Positions 40,356-50,866 of a stretch of DNA of 64,000 nucleotides are shown here, piece by piece. The notes beneath the pieces are model-generated. The model did not search any database and was not told the DNA's origin. It saw nothing but the letters and a program-made list of their open reading frames with translations. The first letter of the stretch is position 1; each line of letters begins with the position of its first letter. This DNA is from Candidatus Omnitrophota bacterium. Lineage in GTDB: Bacteria > Omnitrophota > Gorgyraeia > Zapsychrales > JAHFFX01. Position numbers and translations under genes: made by a program. The stretch spans positions 6,934 through 70,933 of the forward strand of contig JAHFFY010000007.1 of NCBI GenBank assembly GCA_023247705.1. The letters are read 5' to 3'.

Positions 40356-40691
40356 TTATCCTTTTTCCTCATTAACATCTTTAACCCTGCTGATTTCTTT
40401 TGCTATTCTTTTGTTGTCTGCTTCTTTGTATTTTATGATGATCTGGTCCCCTGCTTTTAACTGATCAAAAGACAAAATCTTTTCTTCGAATCTGGTTTGT
40501 TCATTCACTTCAAAATCTTTTGCCTGGACATTCATGCCATCTTGCGATTTATGGACAATCGTAACGACATTTTGTTGAATGCTTTTGACTCTTCCGTTGG
40601 TAATCTTTTCCATGGCTAATAAAGCGAACACCTGAGCAATCAACAGAAGAAGAATAATTCCGATAAATAACCAACCCGTCGATCTTTTCAT
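40356..40691 (-). CDS. membrane-anchored hypothetical protein
   Basis: about 110 aa with one N-terminal TM segment; start probably the internal Met MKRSTGWLF. Confidence 0.35.
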   Translation of the reverse strand: MKRSTGWLFIGIILLLLIAQVFALLAMEKITNGRVKSIQQNVVTIVHKSQDGMNVQAKDFEVNEQTRFEEKILSFDQLKAGDQIIIKYKEADNKRIAKEISRVKDVNEEKG

Positions 40692-40979
40692 ACGATGCCC
40701 TCCTCTTTTAAGATATAAGGTTATTTTTAACACGGATTTGGCAAATCCAAAATCCGTTTGGATTTAAAAAAAATTATAAAAATTCCAACATTAAAACAAG
40801 ATTAATACAGCGTTAAAGCACAATCTCGCTGTCAGAACACCATTCGGATCAGTCCAGCTATAATCGTAAAAGGCAAGGCGATCATATAACCAATCACCCC
40901 GAAAGTGTTACTAATAATACCGCCATGCGGTTCTGATTTTGTTTCCTTTGTCTCAACGACAGTGCTTGTTCTTCCTTTG

Positions 40980-41330
40980 TCACCTCACCACAGCGGTAAT
41001 TTTCTCTAATAAATACGCGACTCCTTTTGACTTGTCAAAATAGTCCAATGCATACGGGATGAGGTGTTTTTGCTGATCAATCGGATAGATGCTGCTGATG
41101 ATAATTCTTAGACTTGGATCATATTCCCTGATCACCTCAAACACGACTTTGCCATCGATCTGCGGCATTTTGATATCCAGCAGGACCAAATCGATGTCTT
41201 CGCGGATCAATATATTTAAGGCCTCGCTGGCGTCTTGTGCCTCTCGCACAAGCATACCTTCCTCCACAAGGGTCCGCACATAAACTCTTCGTACGCGTTC
41301 TTCATCATCAATAACAAGAATTTTTTTCAT
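40980..41330 (-). CDS. single-domain response regulator (CheY-like receiver)
   Basis: KKILVIDDEERVRRV...LLDIKMPQIDG receiver motifs; probable start MKKILVIDD at 41330. Confidence 0.7.
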   Translation of the reverse strand: MKKILVIDDEERVRRVYVRTLVEEGMLVREAQDASEALNILIREDIDLVLLDIKMPQIDGKVVFEVIREYDPSLRIIISSIYPIDQQKHLIPYALDYFDKSKGVAYLLEKITAVVR

Positions 41331-41478
41331 CTCAATTCTCCTAAACCCGAACTCTGGGCGCTCCAACAGAACAGTACTGATTCATGAAACGGGAAAGGAA
41401 AAGATCAATAACTTGGAGGTTATTTTAGTTTTAAGAATATTAATAGAAGATTAAAATAAAATTAGGGTAGAAAAAAAA

Positions 41479-42945
41479 CTACGTGGCGGGTAACACAACA
41501 ATAAAGGTCGTGCCTTGATTGACTTTGCTATTGACCATAATTTCGCCCTGATGGATCTTTGCGATCCTTTGCGCAATGCTTAATCCTAAGCCGGTGCCGT
41601 CCTCTTGTTTGGTTGTACGGTAAAAGCGTTCAAAAATCTTGGAGAGATGTTCCGGCGAGATCCCGACTCCGGAATCGGCGATACTGGTCAAAACTTTTTT
41701 CTCCTCGACTTTGACATCAAGATCGATTCGACCCCCTCTAGGGGTAAACTTAACCGCGTTCTCGATAATGTTGAAAAAAAGACGCCTTAAATGCAGGGGA
41801 TCGGCTTGAATTAACAGGGATTTTCGAGGGGCCTCCAGACTGACCGTAATATTTTTGGGAACCGCGAGGATTTTGCTCTGCTCATATATTTTTCTGATGA
41901 ACGAATCAAATTCAATCGGCTCAAAATCAAAAACTTGTGGTTGATAATCCAGTTTTGCCAATAACAGCAGATCTTCAACCGTCTTGATCATGCGTTCCGA
42001 TTCTTCCAGGCTAATTTTAATGGCCCTTTGATATTCTGAACTATCTCGTTCTCTTCTTAAGGACAATTCCAACTCTCCCTTGATGATCGTCAACGGTGTT
42101 TTGAGCTCATGGGCCGCATGCACACTAAACTGCTCGATATGCCGAAATGATCGCTCCAGCCTGGAAATCATGTCATTAAACGCTTCGACCAAATTTTTCA
42201 TTTCATCATCAAAATGTTTACTCTTCACCCTTAAGCTCAAATCTTGATACGTGATATTTTGGGCCATTTTTGTGATCTCTTCGACTGGTTCTAGGATTCT
42301 TTTAGCAAATAATTGACCGACAAAACTGGTGAGAATGAGTATGAGCGGGATACTGATCGCGATCGAGTATAACCAATTCTGCATGAATTCAGTGATCGGC
42401 TCTTCAATCACTCCGATCTGGATTATATATTCCTCTCCTTCTTTATAGCGAAACGGTTCATTGATCACACGGATATTCTGGCCATGGTAGGTTATTTTCT
42501 GAAAACTCCTCCCTCCATCTTTGGACAACACTCCGTTTTTTAAAAACAACCCGACAAGATCATCCGGTAAATTCTTGGATTTGGCGATCGAAGCCCCGGA
42601 TGAGTTGATAAAATTCATGAAATCTTTATCCAGTTCCAATTCGTTAGATCGTTTCAGCCAATTCTGGGAAACTTTTTTGCTTTTAATCTTAAAAGGATTT
42701 TCGCTTTGCAAGGAAACGGTTTTTTCCGCCGCCGTTGATAAGGCCGTCGGAGTTTCTCCCAGCACATCGAGATAGGCATGGATGGTACGGTTCACCGCCA
42801 AGGCTTTAACCTGCAGTTCATGATTGATCTCTTCATAAAGCGTACTGAAAATAAGATAAAGAACAGCGCTGAAAAGGATCAGGATCATCCCGAGAATAAA
42901 ATTATAAATAACCGCTATCTCAAACTTGATAGAATTGAATTTCAT
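41479..42945 (-). CDS. sensor histidine kinase (2 TM, HAMP, HisKA, HATPase_c)
   Basis: H-box AAHELKTPL; N/G boxes NIIENAVKFT...DSGVGI...GTGLGLSI. Confidence 0.85.
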   Translation of the reverse strand: MKFNSIKFEIAVIYNFILGMILILFSAVLYLIFSTLYEEINHELQVKALAVNRTIHAYLDVLGETPTALSTAAEKTVSLQSENPFKIKSKKVSQNWLKRSNELELDKDFMNFINSSGASIAKSKNLPDDLVGLFLKNGVLSKDGGRSFQKITYHGQNIRVINEPFRYKEGEEYIIQIGVIEEPITEFMQNWLYSIAISIPLILILTSFVGQLFAKRILEPVEEITKMAQNITYQDLSLRVKSKHFDDEMKNLVEAFNDMISRLERSFRHIEQFSVHAAHELKTPLTIIKGELELSLRRERDSSEYQRAIKISLEESERMIKTVEDLLLLAKLDYQPQVFDFEPIEFDSFIRKIYEQSKILAVPKNITVSLEAPRKSLLIQADPLHLRRLFFNIIENAVKFTPRGGRIDLDVKVEEKKVLTSIADSGVGISPEHLSKIFERFYRTTKQEDGTGLGLSIAQRIAKIHQGEIMVNSKVNQGTTFIVVLPAT

Positions 42946-42955
42946 ATGCGCCTGA

Positions 42956-43630
42956 TTATTTTCCCGCTTTTAGAATGTATCCTCTGCCGCGCAGGGTGTG
43001 AATCAATTTCTGTTTAAATCCATGATCGATTTTATTGCGGAGATATTTGATATAGACATCGATGATATTGCTGAAGCTGTCAAAACTTTCATGCCAGACA
43101 TGTTCGAAAATCATGGTTCTGGTGACCACCTGATTGGCATGCAGCATAAAATATTCTAAGAGAGCATATTCCTTGCTGGTCAAAATGATGGATTTGTTCG
43201 ACCGTTTAACTTCATGCGTCAGTTGATTCAACTCCAGGTCAGCAACTTTGAGAAGCGATGTCTTATCCTCTCTTTGCCGACGCAGAAGAGCTCTCACCCG
43301 CGCCAGGAATTCATCGAACGAAAACGGTTTGGTGAGATAATCGTCGGTTCCGGCGTTCAAGCCGACCACTTTATCACGGACGGTATTCTTGGCCGTCAGC
43401 ATCAGAATCGGAGTGGTATTTTTCTTCTGACGCAGCTCACGGCAAATCGTCATGCCGTCTTTCTTGGGCAACATGAGATCAAGAACGATCAAATCGTAAG
43501 GGTTGATTTCCGCGAGGTATTGCCCCTCTTCGCCGTCATAAGCGGAATCGACGACAAAATGCTCTTCTTTTAAACCGCGCTGGATGAAGCTGGCGATCTT
43601 CTGTTCATCCTCAATCAATAGAATTCGCAT
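42956..43630 (-). CDS. OmpR-family response regulator (receiver plus winged-helix)
   Basis: MRILLIEDE...DLIVLDLMLPKKDG and C-terminal trans_reg_C (…RTMIFEHVW…YIKYLRNKID…LIHTLRGRGY). Confidence 0.9.
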   Translation of the reverse strand: MRILLIEDEQKIASFIQRGLKEEHFVVDSAYDGEEGQYLAEINPYDLIVLDLMLPKKDGMTICRELRQKKNTTPILMLTAKNTVRDKVVGLNAGTDDYLTKPFSFDEFLARVRALLRRQREDKTSLLKVADLELNQLTHEVKRSNKSIILTSKEYALLEYFMLHANQVVTRTMIFEHVWHESFDSFSNIIDVYIKYLRNKIDHGFKQKLIHTLRGRGYILKAGK

Positions 43631-43898
43631 ATGAAATTCTCCTTATTGTACCGGTTCACGCCAATCGCTTCAAAAAACGGAAACAAGATCAAAAATTCCA
43701 GAGAATTTGGAAGAATCAAGTAAATCCTGCCTGTGCTATCGGCAGGAACACCTCGGAAGGGTTCGAACGGACTTCCCGGTGCATTGCGCGGTTATTGTAC
43801 TTCTAAAAAAAATTTTAGGCAAGACCAATCAAAACGGGCGGGGGCTTTAAATCAACTCAAGGTCATTAGGGAAAGACAAAATTAACTTTCTCCCTAAA

Positions 43899-45046
43899 TT
43901 ATATTCCAAATTCCTTGATCATCGTACAATACATTTCCTCAGCCTCAAAATAAAGCGAATGGCTCAAGATGGAAAATTTGCTTCCCTTAATTTGTTTGGA
44001 AAAATCCATCTCAAAGTTTTTGACATCCCGATACACATCCAGATGACCGCTCACTGGATCCGGTTTGGTCCAAAAATTAATCCATTGAATATGGTCAAAG
44101 AACTGATTGATCCCATTGACTAAAGTCGACGTGTCGATGTGAAACCGTCGAAAACCATGCAACTGAGAGACGATCGCGTAACAGATATCCTCTTGAGCCT
44201 GATTAATTTTCGCATCAAAAAAAATGCGATCTTATCGAGCGAAGAACCAAAGGTCATTAATCCTTTGATCTTTTGAGCAAAGATCTGCCGGGAAGGATCG
44301 ACATTCATCTCCCGGTTGATTCTATCCAAGGTATCATAAGCGATCACCGTCCCCAATGAATGGCCGACCAGATAGACATCATCATAGGCCGCGCTTTCGA
44401 TCAGATATTTTGTTTTCTCGACCGATCCTTTCAAAATCGTTTGCCGGACTTCGTAGTATTTTGATTTCTGGTCCATACTGCAATAAAGGACGACATCACC
44501 TAAAAAATCGACCAAAGGGCCTTCCAATCTGCTCATAATGAAATGATTCACCTTGCCAATCAACGGCCATTGAGCGATCAACAGGCTTACGATATACCAC
44601 CATTGTCTCCAGCCCCCTAACAGTTTGACCAAATATTTGAAATTTCTGAATTCTCCATCGGAATCAAAAAGATCGTCATTCATCTACTTCTGGCTCATCT
44701 GTTCCTTCGTGCGATTGTAAAACCCTTTAGCGCCGCGCGCGACTTGACTAGCCCATTCCAAGACCTCGATAGCGGTGATCTGCCACTGAGGCACATGCCC
44801 CCAATAATATTCATAAAAATGAATACTGGGAACGTCTGGATGATTGGTTTCGAAAGCCACATAGCTTTCCGCCCGGCCCGAAAATTTCTGCAGCCGATGC
44901 CGTTTCTGAATGGATATCTAAGGATATCGGATTTCAAGATCCCGTACATAAATCTTGAGAAAAGAGCGGACAAAGACATCGAGTGTCTCAAAAGGATCCT
45001 GTTCGCCAATACCGTGAATAATGAGCATCGCAATCTTCTTGGGCAT
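43899..45046 (-). pseudogene. alpha/beta-hydrolase (lipase-like, GHSLG) gene disrupted by two in-frame TAGs and a T8 homopolymer frameshift
   Basis: ATG at 45046 gives MPKKIAMLIIHGIGEQ...RYP-TAG(44918-44920)-ISIQ...SQK-TAG(44684-44686)-MNDDLF...VYLVGHSLGTV...KIAFF, then a frame change at the T8 (minus) run 44217-44224; assuming T9 gives a continuous ...AFFFDAKINQ...HGFRRFHIDTS... Confidence 0.6.
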
Positions 45047-45184
45047 ACAAACCTCATTTCCTCACGATTTTGAGTCCAACTCGCGTTTTTTAAAGAAATT
45101 GAATCGAAGGCGACATAGGCAATTTGAATTGATCGATCGTACAGACAAAAATACATCTATCGGAATGAATTTAAAATGTCCGGT

Positions 45185-45688
45185 TCATCTCACTCTGGGA
45201 TTGATAAAAGCTTTTAAAATTTTCTGATCCTCGATGGGGCGGTCACCCGGTTCGGTAGGAGATTGCTCAATCGCAGTAACGACTTCGAATCCATGGATCA
45301 CCTCTCCGAAAATCGTGTGCTTCATATCAAGCCAAGGGGCTGGAACGGTCGTGATAAAAAACTGGCTTCCATTGGTATTAGGACCGGCGTTCGCCATAGC
45401 CAACAGTCCTTTACGATCGAATTTCACTTCCGAGGTCACTTCATCTTCGAACTTCTTGCCCCACATACTTTCTCCGCCGCGTCCGGTTGCCGTCGGGTCG
45501 CCCCCTTGAATCATAAAACTTTTGATGACCCGATGAAATATGGTTTCATTATAATATCCTTTTTGCGTCAAAGTTCTGAAATTTTCGACTGCCTTAGGGG
45601 CGATATCATCAAAAAGTTTAAATTCAATCGTTCCCCGATTTGTGACCAAATTAATCAGTGTGGAATGTTTCGTTTTTCCCTCAAGCAC
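45185..45688 (-). CDS. ppiB: peptidyl-prolyl cis-trans isomerase, cyclophilin type
   Basis: [26 protein letters not shown]...SQFFITT cyclophilin signature; 167 aa. Confidence 0.9.
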   Translation of the reverse strand: MLEGKTKHSTLINLVTNRGTIEFKLFDDIAPKAVENFRTLTQKGYYNETIFHRVIKSFMIQGGDPTATGRGGESMWGKKFEDEVTSEVKFDRKGLLAMANAGPNTNGSQFFITTVPAPWLDMKHTIFGEVIHGFEVVTAIEQSPTEPGDRPIEDQKILKAFINPRVR

Positions 45689-45872
45689 GTTGCCCTCCTT
45701 AGCTTTCCGTTTTGGAAAAAATTACGTTAGACAAAAATATTATATCTACTTCTTATTCAAATGACAGAAAAAAAGATTGAAAAAAAATCCTGGATCCCGC
45801 AATTCACCAAATAAAAAGGACACATCTTATCTTCTAAAATATGTCCTTTTTATAACTGCTTACCGATAACAA

Positions 45873-46505
45873 CTATTGGCGTTTATACGTGATTTCCATC
45901 ATTTTGAATCCTTTGCCAGATTTATCATTCGTATACATTTCATAAGTATATGTATTATCGTCGACAATTTTGATCTCGTTTCGAAAAAATATTTCCCCGT
46001 TAATCGGACAGGAAGCGGTTCCCTTTTCGGTCATCGTTTTTGTCGCGGCATCATAGGTGGCGGTGGCCGTCATCATCCCAGTCGCCATACTATCGATCCA
46101 GATTGAATTGTATTCTTTTTTGACATTGTCATAACCGATGATCCCACGGCCTTCGAACGGCTGTCCCATGGAGGTTCCTATTGCGGTTTGTTCGATAAAT
46201 CGTCCGCCTAAAATCGATTTCACTTCAGTCGACCCGGAAGAGACTTCCGGAGGAGCATCCGGTGACATCCACCATTTGACCGTATGCATCCAGCTCCCGA
46301 TGAAATATTCTAAAACTTTATGGTTTTCATTCGGGGTGCCGTATTCTTTCATTTTTGCCATCATCTCATCATCCATCCCGGCTGGAGCCTTATTGCCTTC
46401 AGCCATCATGGCTGGAGTATCTTCCGCAAAAACCGGGATAGAACAAACGCCCATTCCCACAAGACCTAATACAAAAATAAAAATCTTCAAAATCCTGCGA
46501 CTCAT
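45873..46505 (-). CDS. secreted hypothetical protein (DUF1579-like beta-barrel?)
   Basis: 210 aa with signal peptide. Confidence 0.4.
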   Translation of the reverse strand: MSRRILKIFIFVLGLVGMGVCSIPVFAEDTPAMMAEGNKAPAGMDDEMMAKMKEYGTPNENHKVLEYFIGSWMHTVKWWMSPDAPPEVSSGSTEVKSILGGRFIEQTAIGTSMGQPFEGRGIIGYDNVKKEYNSIWIDSMATGMMTATATYDAATKTMTEKGTASCPINGEIFFRNEIKIVDDNTYTYEMYTNDKSGKGFKMMEITYKRQ

Positions 46506-46734
46506 CTTTCCCTCCTTTTAATATTTAACTATTGTTAAAATCGACCCGATTAACGCTATAAAACAAGTCTATTTCTTCACAGAACCTGTATTGTAACTGT
46601 GGAACGAAAAAAAAGCAAAAAAGAATATTTCTTTCGACAATTTTTCTTTCCCAGCGCAAAGGACTGGGCGCCAGGGGTTATCCTTGCCATTGCGTTTTCT
46701 CTATCTCCTCCCGACACCGTCCTGGAAATATATT

Positions 46735-47229
46735 CTATTCCAGAGAATCAAACACCCCCTGATGATCTTTGATCTCAACCGGCAGATGTTCTTTGAGTTT
46801 GCGGCGGATCATCTTGTTCAACGCTGAATCGTCGCCTTGTTTCAACTGTAATCCGCCCAATTGAAGATAAGCCATATTTAAAGTAATCATGCTGTGCAGC
46901 CATTCTTTTTTCTTCTGGCCGACGACGTTTTGTTCATCAACGATTTCGGCATACGTTTTGGCAACGGCTTCCAGGAGCTGAAGATTTTCGCGCGGGTAAG
47001 GTGTTCGTTCGATCTCGGTGAGCGTTTCCTCAAAAGATTTCGTATCGACTTCGCTCAACAGGCGTTTGCAGACTTTCAGGCGATCAATCTCCCCCTGGGT
47101 CAGACGATTGATTCGTTGAACCTGTGCGGATACTCGCTTAACAGGCTGATCCTGAGGCGCAGCCTGGATCGGAACAATAAGCAAAATCAACGAAACAACG
47201 ATCACAGGCCATATCAAGGCTTGAGGCAT
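46735..47229 (-). CDS. secreted hypothetical protein
   Basis: 164 aa with signal peptide; helical. Confidence 0.4.
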   Translation of the reverse strand: MPQALIWPVIVVSLILLIVPIQAAPQDQPVKRVSAQVQRINRLTQGEIDRLKVCKRLLSEVDTKSFEETLTEIERTPYPRENLQLLEAVAKTYAEIVDEQNVVGQKKKEWLHSMITLNMAYLQLGGLQLKQGDDSALNKMIRRKLKEHLPVEIKDHQGVFDSLE

Positions 47230-47261
47230 ATTTCTTGAAAAGGAAGACTGAACGTGTTTTC

Positions 47262-48491
47262 TTAATCTATTTTAGGGATCAACGAATAATTCATCTTCTT
47301 TTTATCGAACTCTTTATCACGAAAATACATATACATCATCGCCATCGCATCAATATCATTTTTCGTTGGATTATTGTATTCCGTCACGATTTCATATTGA
47401 TGATCTTTGTATACGGGAATGCCCTGCTCACTGGAATAGTGATCCAAAGATTCAAGACCTAAATTATTCTTAAAATTTTGGGATTTTCCTTTAAATAAAG
47501 ATTTATTCTCGGTCAGATCGCGCAGCTCAATATAAGTTGCATAGACGTGAACGTGCGGGACGATCACGTGCAAGGTCGTATCCCAAGGGATACGCAATCC
47601 ATAATCTAAAGTATATCGATAGACATGCCGTCCCGGAGGAACAAACCAGTGATAAGAAAAAATTTCACCGTCCTTATGCTTAATCAAATTCGCATCGGAC
47701 GCGGATTGAAACAACTCCCCATCATCCTCATTCTTCATTTCCGTCGCACAGCCCGCATGATCAGAGTCTGCGCCGGCGGTCTTGCCTGTCTTGTTCTTTT
47801 TGATCGGGACCTGGAGGGCGCTCCCTTTTCTCAGGAGAGGAATCATGTCCTCATCAAAATCCCGGTCATAAACATACTTTGCAATCATCTTGACCATAAC
47901 ACCTATAGGCTTATCCCTCTGCTCCCAGTTCATAACCATGGAGGAAAGTTTGAACGGTTCATTGGACAGCAACGGGACACCGAAATGTTTCGGAAAATCA
48001 ATTTTGTTATGCCCCTGAACCATATCAATAAATTTATAATCAAGCACGTGCTTGGGAGATAACCCGAAAACCTCTCGTCTCGTTTTGCTATTCAATTTTG
48101 TAGAATCAAAGCTCACATTGGTATGGCAAAGGAATGAGGGGGCTTGAGACGTTTTGCCGTCTTCTCCCACAATATCCACCTCCATCCCGACAAGCCAGAT
48201 CAGTTCGGAGGTATCGGACTCGACAAAGCGAAAATTCTGGTTATCAGTCGGTCCTTCCATCGATTTATAAATCCGATCAAGCGTAAGAACCTTAGACAAA
48301 TGTTCCACTTCATGAATGACCAGCTGTTTCTCAGCCGTTGCTTTTATGTTCGCCTCCGCACAGGCCTTTTGAATTGCAAAAGCGTTAAAAACAATGAATA
48401 AACTAAGACCTAAGACGGAATATTTCAAATTTTTTAATATTTTATCTAATGTTGGGCTCAAACAAATTTTCATGAGAATAAATTCCGGCAT
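47262..48491 (-). CDS. secreted hypothetical protein
   Basis: 409 aa with N-terminal signal peptide; no family recognised. Confidence 0.45.
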   Translation of the reverse strand: MPEFILMKICLSPTLDKILKNLKYSVLGLSLFIVFNAFAIQKACAEANIKATAEKQLVIHEVEHLSKVLTLDRIYKSMEGPTDNQNFRFVESDTSELIWLVGMEVDIVGEDGKTSQAPSFLCHTNVSFDSTKLNSKTRREVFGLSPKHVLDYKFIDMVQGHNKIDFPKHFGVPLLSNEPFKLSSMVMNWEQRDKPIGVMVKMIAKYVYDRDFDEDMIPLLRKGSALQVPIKKNKTGKTAGADSDHAGCATEMKNEDDGELFQSASDANLIKHKDGEIFSYHWFVPPGRHVYRYTLDYGLRIPWDTTLHVIVPHVHVYATYIELRDLTENKSLFKGKSQNFKNNLGLESLDHYSSEQGIPVYKDHQYEIVTEYNNPTKNDIDAMAMMYMYFRDKEFDKKKMNYSLIPKID

Positions 48492-48500
48492 AACCTGAAC

Positions 48501-49139
48501 CTATTGCCCCGATGGTTCATTCGGAATCAAGTGAACACAATCAAAATAAACCGTTCCCTGGCCGGGTTGTTTCGGTTCGAACTGGAAACTTTTGATGGGG
48601 AAGTCTAATTTAAGATTTCCATCGGCGTTGGCAGGCTGCCAGTCATCGCGCGCTGTCAATTTGGAAAACGGGATCTCGATCGTAACCCATCCTTCTTGCG
48701 TATTATTATCGATCATAAACCGCCACATTTCTCCGCCTGAATCCTTCACATCGAAAGCGACCGGCCCAAGATCCTTGCCATTCATCGCAACGCTAATGCC
48801 CTGGTATTGAGACCATTCGATTTTTTGCGGTTCATCCGCTTCCCAGTGGGCGCCGGCGACATCCAGACCATAGCCCCGGGCGCAGAACATATAACTCGAT
48901 GGCTGTAAATCATAAGTCAATTTTAAAGACTGTTCCCCGCATTGTTTCATATCTTTGGCGGAAGTCACCTGAACCGACGACCCGCTCCCCGCCCCGAAGT
49001 CCACCGTTTTATCGCCGATCTCTCCTTCAAAACTGTCCAGCGAAAGTTCGTCGCAGAAAGCAAGACGCCCCAAAGTAAAAAAACTGACCAACAAAAAAAC
49101 GAAAGCAACAAACTGATTCACCCGTTGTAACATTTTCAA
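48501..49139 (-). CDS. secreted hypothetical protein, possible carbohydrate-binding-module-like beta-sandwich
   Basis: 212 aa with signal peptide; 9-nt gap to the downstream gene. Confidence 0.4.
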   Translation of the reverse strand: MKMLQRVNQFVAFVFLLVSFFTLGRLAFCDELSLDSFEGEIGDKTVDFGAGSGSSVQVTSAKDMKQCGEQSLKLTYDLQPSSYMFCARGYGLDVAGAHWEADEPQKIEWSQYQGISVAMNGKDLGPVAFDVKDSGGEMWRFMIDNNTQEGWVTIEIPFSKLTARDDWQPANADGNLKLDFPIKSFQFEPKQPGQGTVYFDCVHLIPNEPSGQ

Positions 49140-49393
49140 AGTGATCCCTCCTGTTCCATTTGTTTGATCTCTCTAAGACAAGATTTCACTTGTCTCATGT
49201 TCGGCTTAATTGAAATACAATCCATGCCCAAAATTCTTTTTGTGAGGTAAAGGCACTATACAATAATCAAAAACGGAGGACAAGTAAAAAAATGCTGTCG
49301 AAATAAGGCGCCGCCCAGAACCGGAAGAAAAAAATTCCGGCCTGCCATGAAGAATAAACCTCTGGGAACTCAAATGAACTGATTAAATTGATA

Positions 49394-50779
49394 TTATTGA
49401 CCGCAATGCTCGTGATCAAAAATACAGCACTGCTCGACAAGCGTCAAGGCCCCAAAGGGATTCCACCACATCGGAGCCAATAAAGGATTCATTCCGCGAG
49501 AAGCAAAAAAGACCCATGCCGTTGTCGCCACCGAAGGCCCCAACGCTGTCTTGAAAAAAGGATCGTCATTGTAAGCCTGGGTGGAAAACGAAAGATCGGT
49601 ATAAGGGTATCCGATTTTATAACATCGATTGATCAGCAAAGCGGCGTTACGCTGTAATAATTGATTGGCCTTCTTCGCATATAACACCGACTGACTAGAT
49701 GTTCCCTGGCCTAACATTTTATAAACAACAATCATCTGATTGGTCCCTTCGATCCAGCTCAACGGTGTTCCGCGGGCCGAGGCGTTACCGACATCCGAGA
49801 AATCAAACCCCCTCGCGGTCAGGACATCCCCGCCGAAAGTCCCGTCCGGTTGAACGGCAAAGGTCGATTCGATTTTGGCGATCATTGGGTCAATGTTGAT
49901 CCCCCAATGGCTCGCGTTCACGGAGGCCGGCGCTCCGGGAATATCCTGGATATAAAAAAGAGCATCAACCGCCAAAAAAAACCAGGAATTGACGTCCAGA
50001 ACATTTTTAAAATCATTGTATCCTCGATAAAATAATCCGGTCGACGGATTATAGGCATAATTCTTTAAAAAGGATGTCACGCCGGCCAATTCCTGAGCAA
50101 ACATATCACCATCGGCCTGGGAAAATCTCATACTTGCAAGAACACGCAATCTGGATAAGAACGCCATATAACTCAAATTATTCTCGGTGGAAACCGCCAT
50201 ATTATTGAGAAGAATAGAAACACCTCCCTGAATATGCGGCAGCGACATGATCCACACGGCGATCTTTCTGGCAAGTTGATAAGCTTCGGGATCACCGGTA
50301 TGAGCGTAATAATGCAGCGCGAAAATTCCGACCCAGGCGTTAGGCCCCATCCGCTTTTGAAATTCCATCGGCCCCGGAGCTCCGGTTAGATTATTATAGG
50401 AAGAAAAAAGTCCGTTTTGCGGCGATTGATTTTTAAAAAAATCAAAAATCTTTTTAGCGCTCACCAGATCTCCTCGGTTCAGAAAAACAATCCCCGCCAG
50501 CGCCTGATCATAAGTGAACGCCGCGTTTTTGACATTGACATTCTCATCCGAAGGATGTTCCGGATAACTTTCCAGCAAACCGACAGGACTTTTGTTCTGA
50601 AGATTGACCAGCCAGCTGTACAGGGCTGTTTCCTCATGGATGGTCAAGGTGTTCAGCATCTCAGCATGGAGCAATGGCAGACTGACAAAAGACAAAAACA
50701 ATTCAATGGACAACCAACAGCTCACCCACGACATTAACCTGCGGGACCAGCCCTCTCTTCCCAAATAGCTCTTTTTCAT
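49394..50779 (-). CDS. secreted hypothetical protein, possible (alpha/alpha)6-barrel glycosidase-like
   Basis: ORF 49394..50830; probable start MKKSYLG (50779), since the divergent HTH gene begins only 36 bp from 50830. Confidence 0.4.
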   Translation of the reverse strand: MKKSYLGREGWSRRLMSWVSCWLSIELFLSFVSLPLLHAEMLNTLTIHEETALYSWLVNLQNKSPVGLLESYPEHPSDENVNVKNAAFTYDQALAGIVFLNRGDLVSAKKIFDFFKNQSPQNGLFSSYNNLTGAPGPMEFQKRMGPNAWVGIFALHYYAHTGDPEAYQLARKIAVWIMSLPHIQGGVSILLNNMAVSTENNLSYMAFLSRLRVLASMRFSQADGDMFAQELAGVTSFLKNYAYNPSTGLFYRGYNDFKNVLDVNSWFFLAVDALFYIQDIPGAPASVNASHWGINIDPMIAKIESTFAVQPDGTFGGDVLTARGFDFSDVGNASARGTPLSWIEGTNQMIVVYKMLGQGTSSQSVLYAKKANQLLQRNAALLINRCYKIGYPYTDLSFSTQAYNDDPFFKTALGPSVATTAWVFFASRGMNPLLAPMWWNPFGALTLVEQCCIFDHEHCGQ

Positions 50780-50866
50780 ATTCGCCTCCGTGTTTAAAGG
50801 TTGGAATGATATAATAGATTCAATTCCCAATTATATTGATGATCGAATCAATGAACAGGACACCCC

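Noticed and set aside
43755-43790. tRNA T-arm-like GGAAGGGTTCGAACGGACTTCC
   Set aside because: The loop length (12 nt) and stem do not fit a tRNA T-arm, and there is no acceptor or anticodon arm. More likely a palindromic regulatory site in the two-component-operon promoter region.
22658-44920. Possibility that TAG is recoded (amber reassignment or pyrrolysine), given three in-frame TAGs
   Set aside because: Intact genes clearly terminate with TAG: the TonB receptor ends in a C-terminal Phe followed by TAG (1168-1170), otsA ends in TAG (37399-37401), and ORF 25071 also ends in TAG. No pyl-like genes are visible. Nonsense mutations or base errors are more parsimonious.
44695-45156. 153-aa minus-strand ORF and 109-aa plus-strand ORF (44744..45073)
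   Set aside because: Both overlap the lipase-like gene remnant in other frames. Their composition is not protein-like (MYFCLYDRSIQIAYVAF…).
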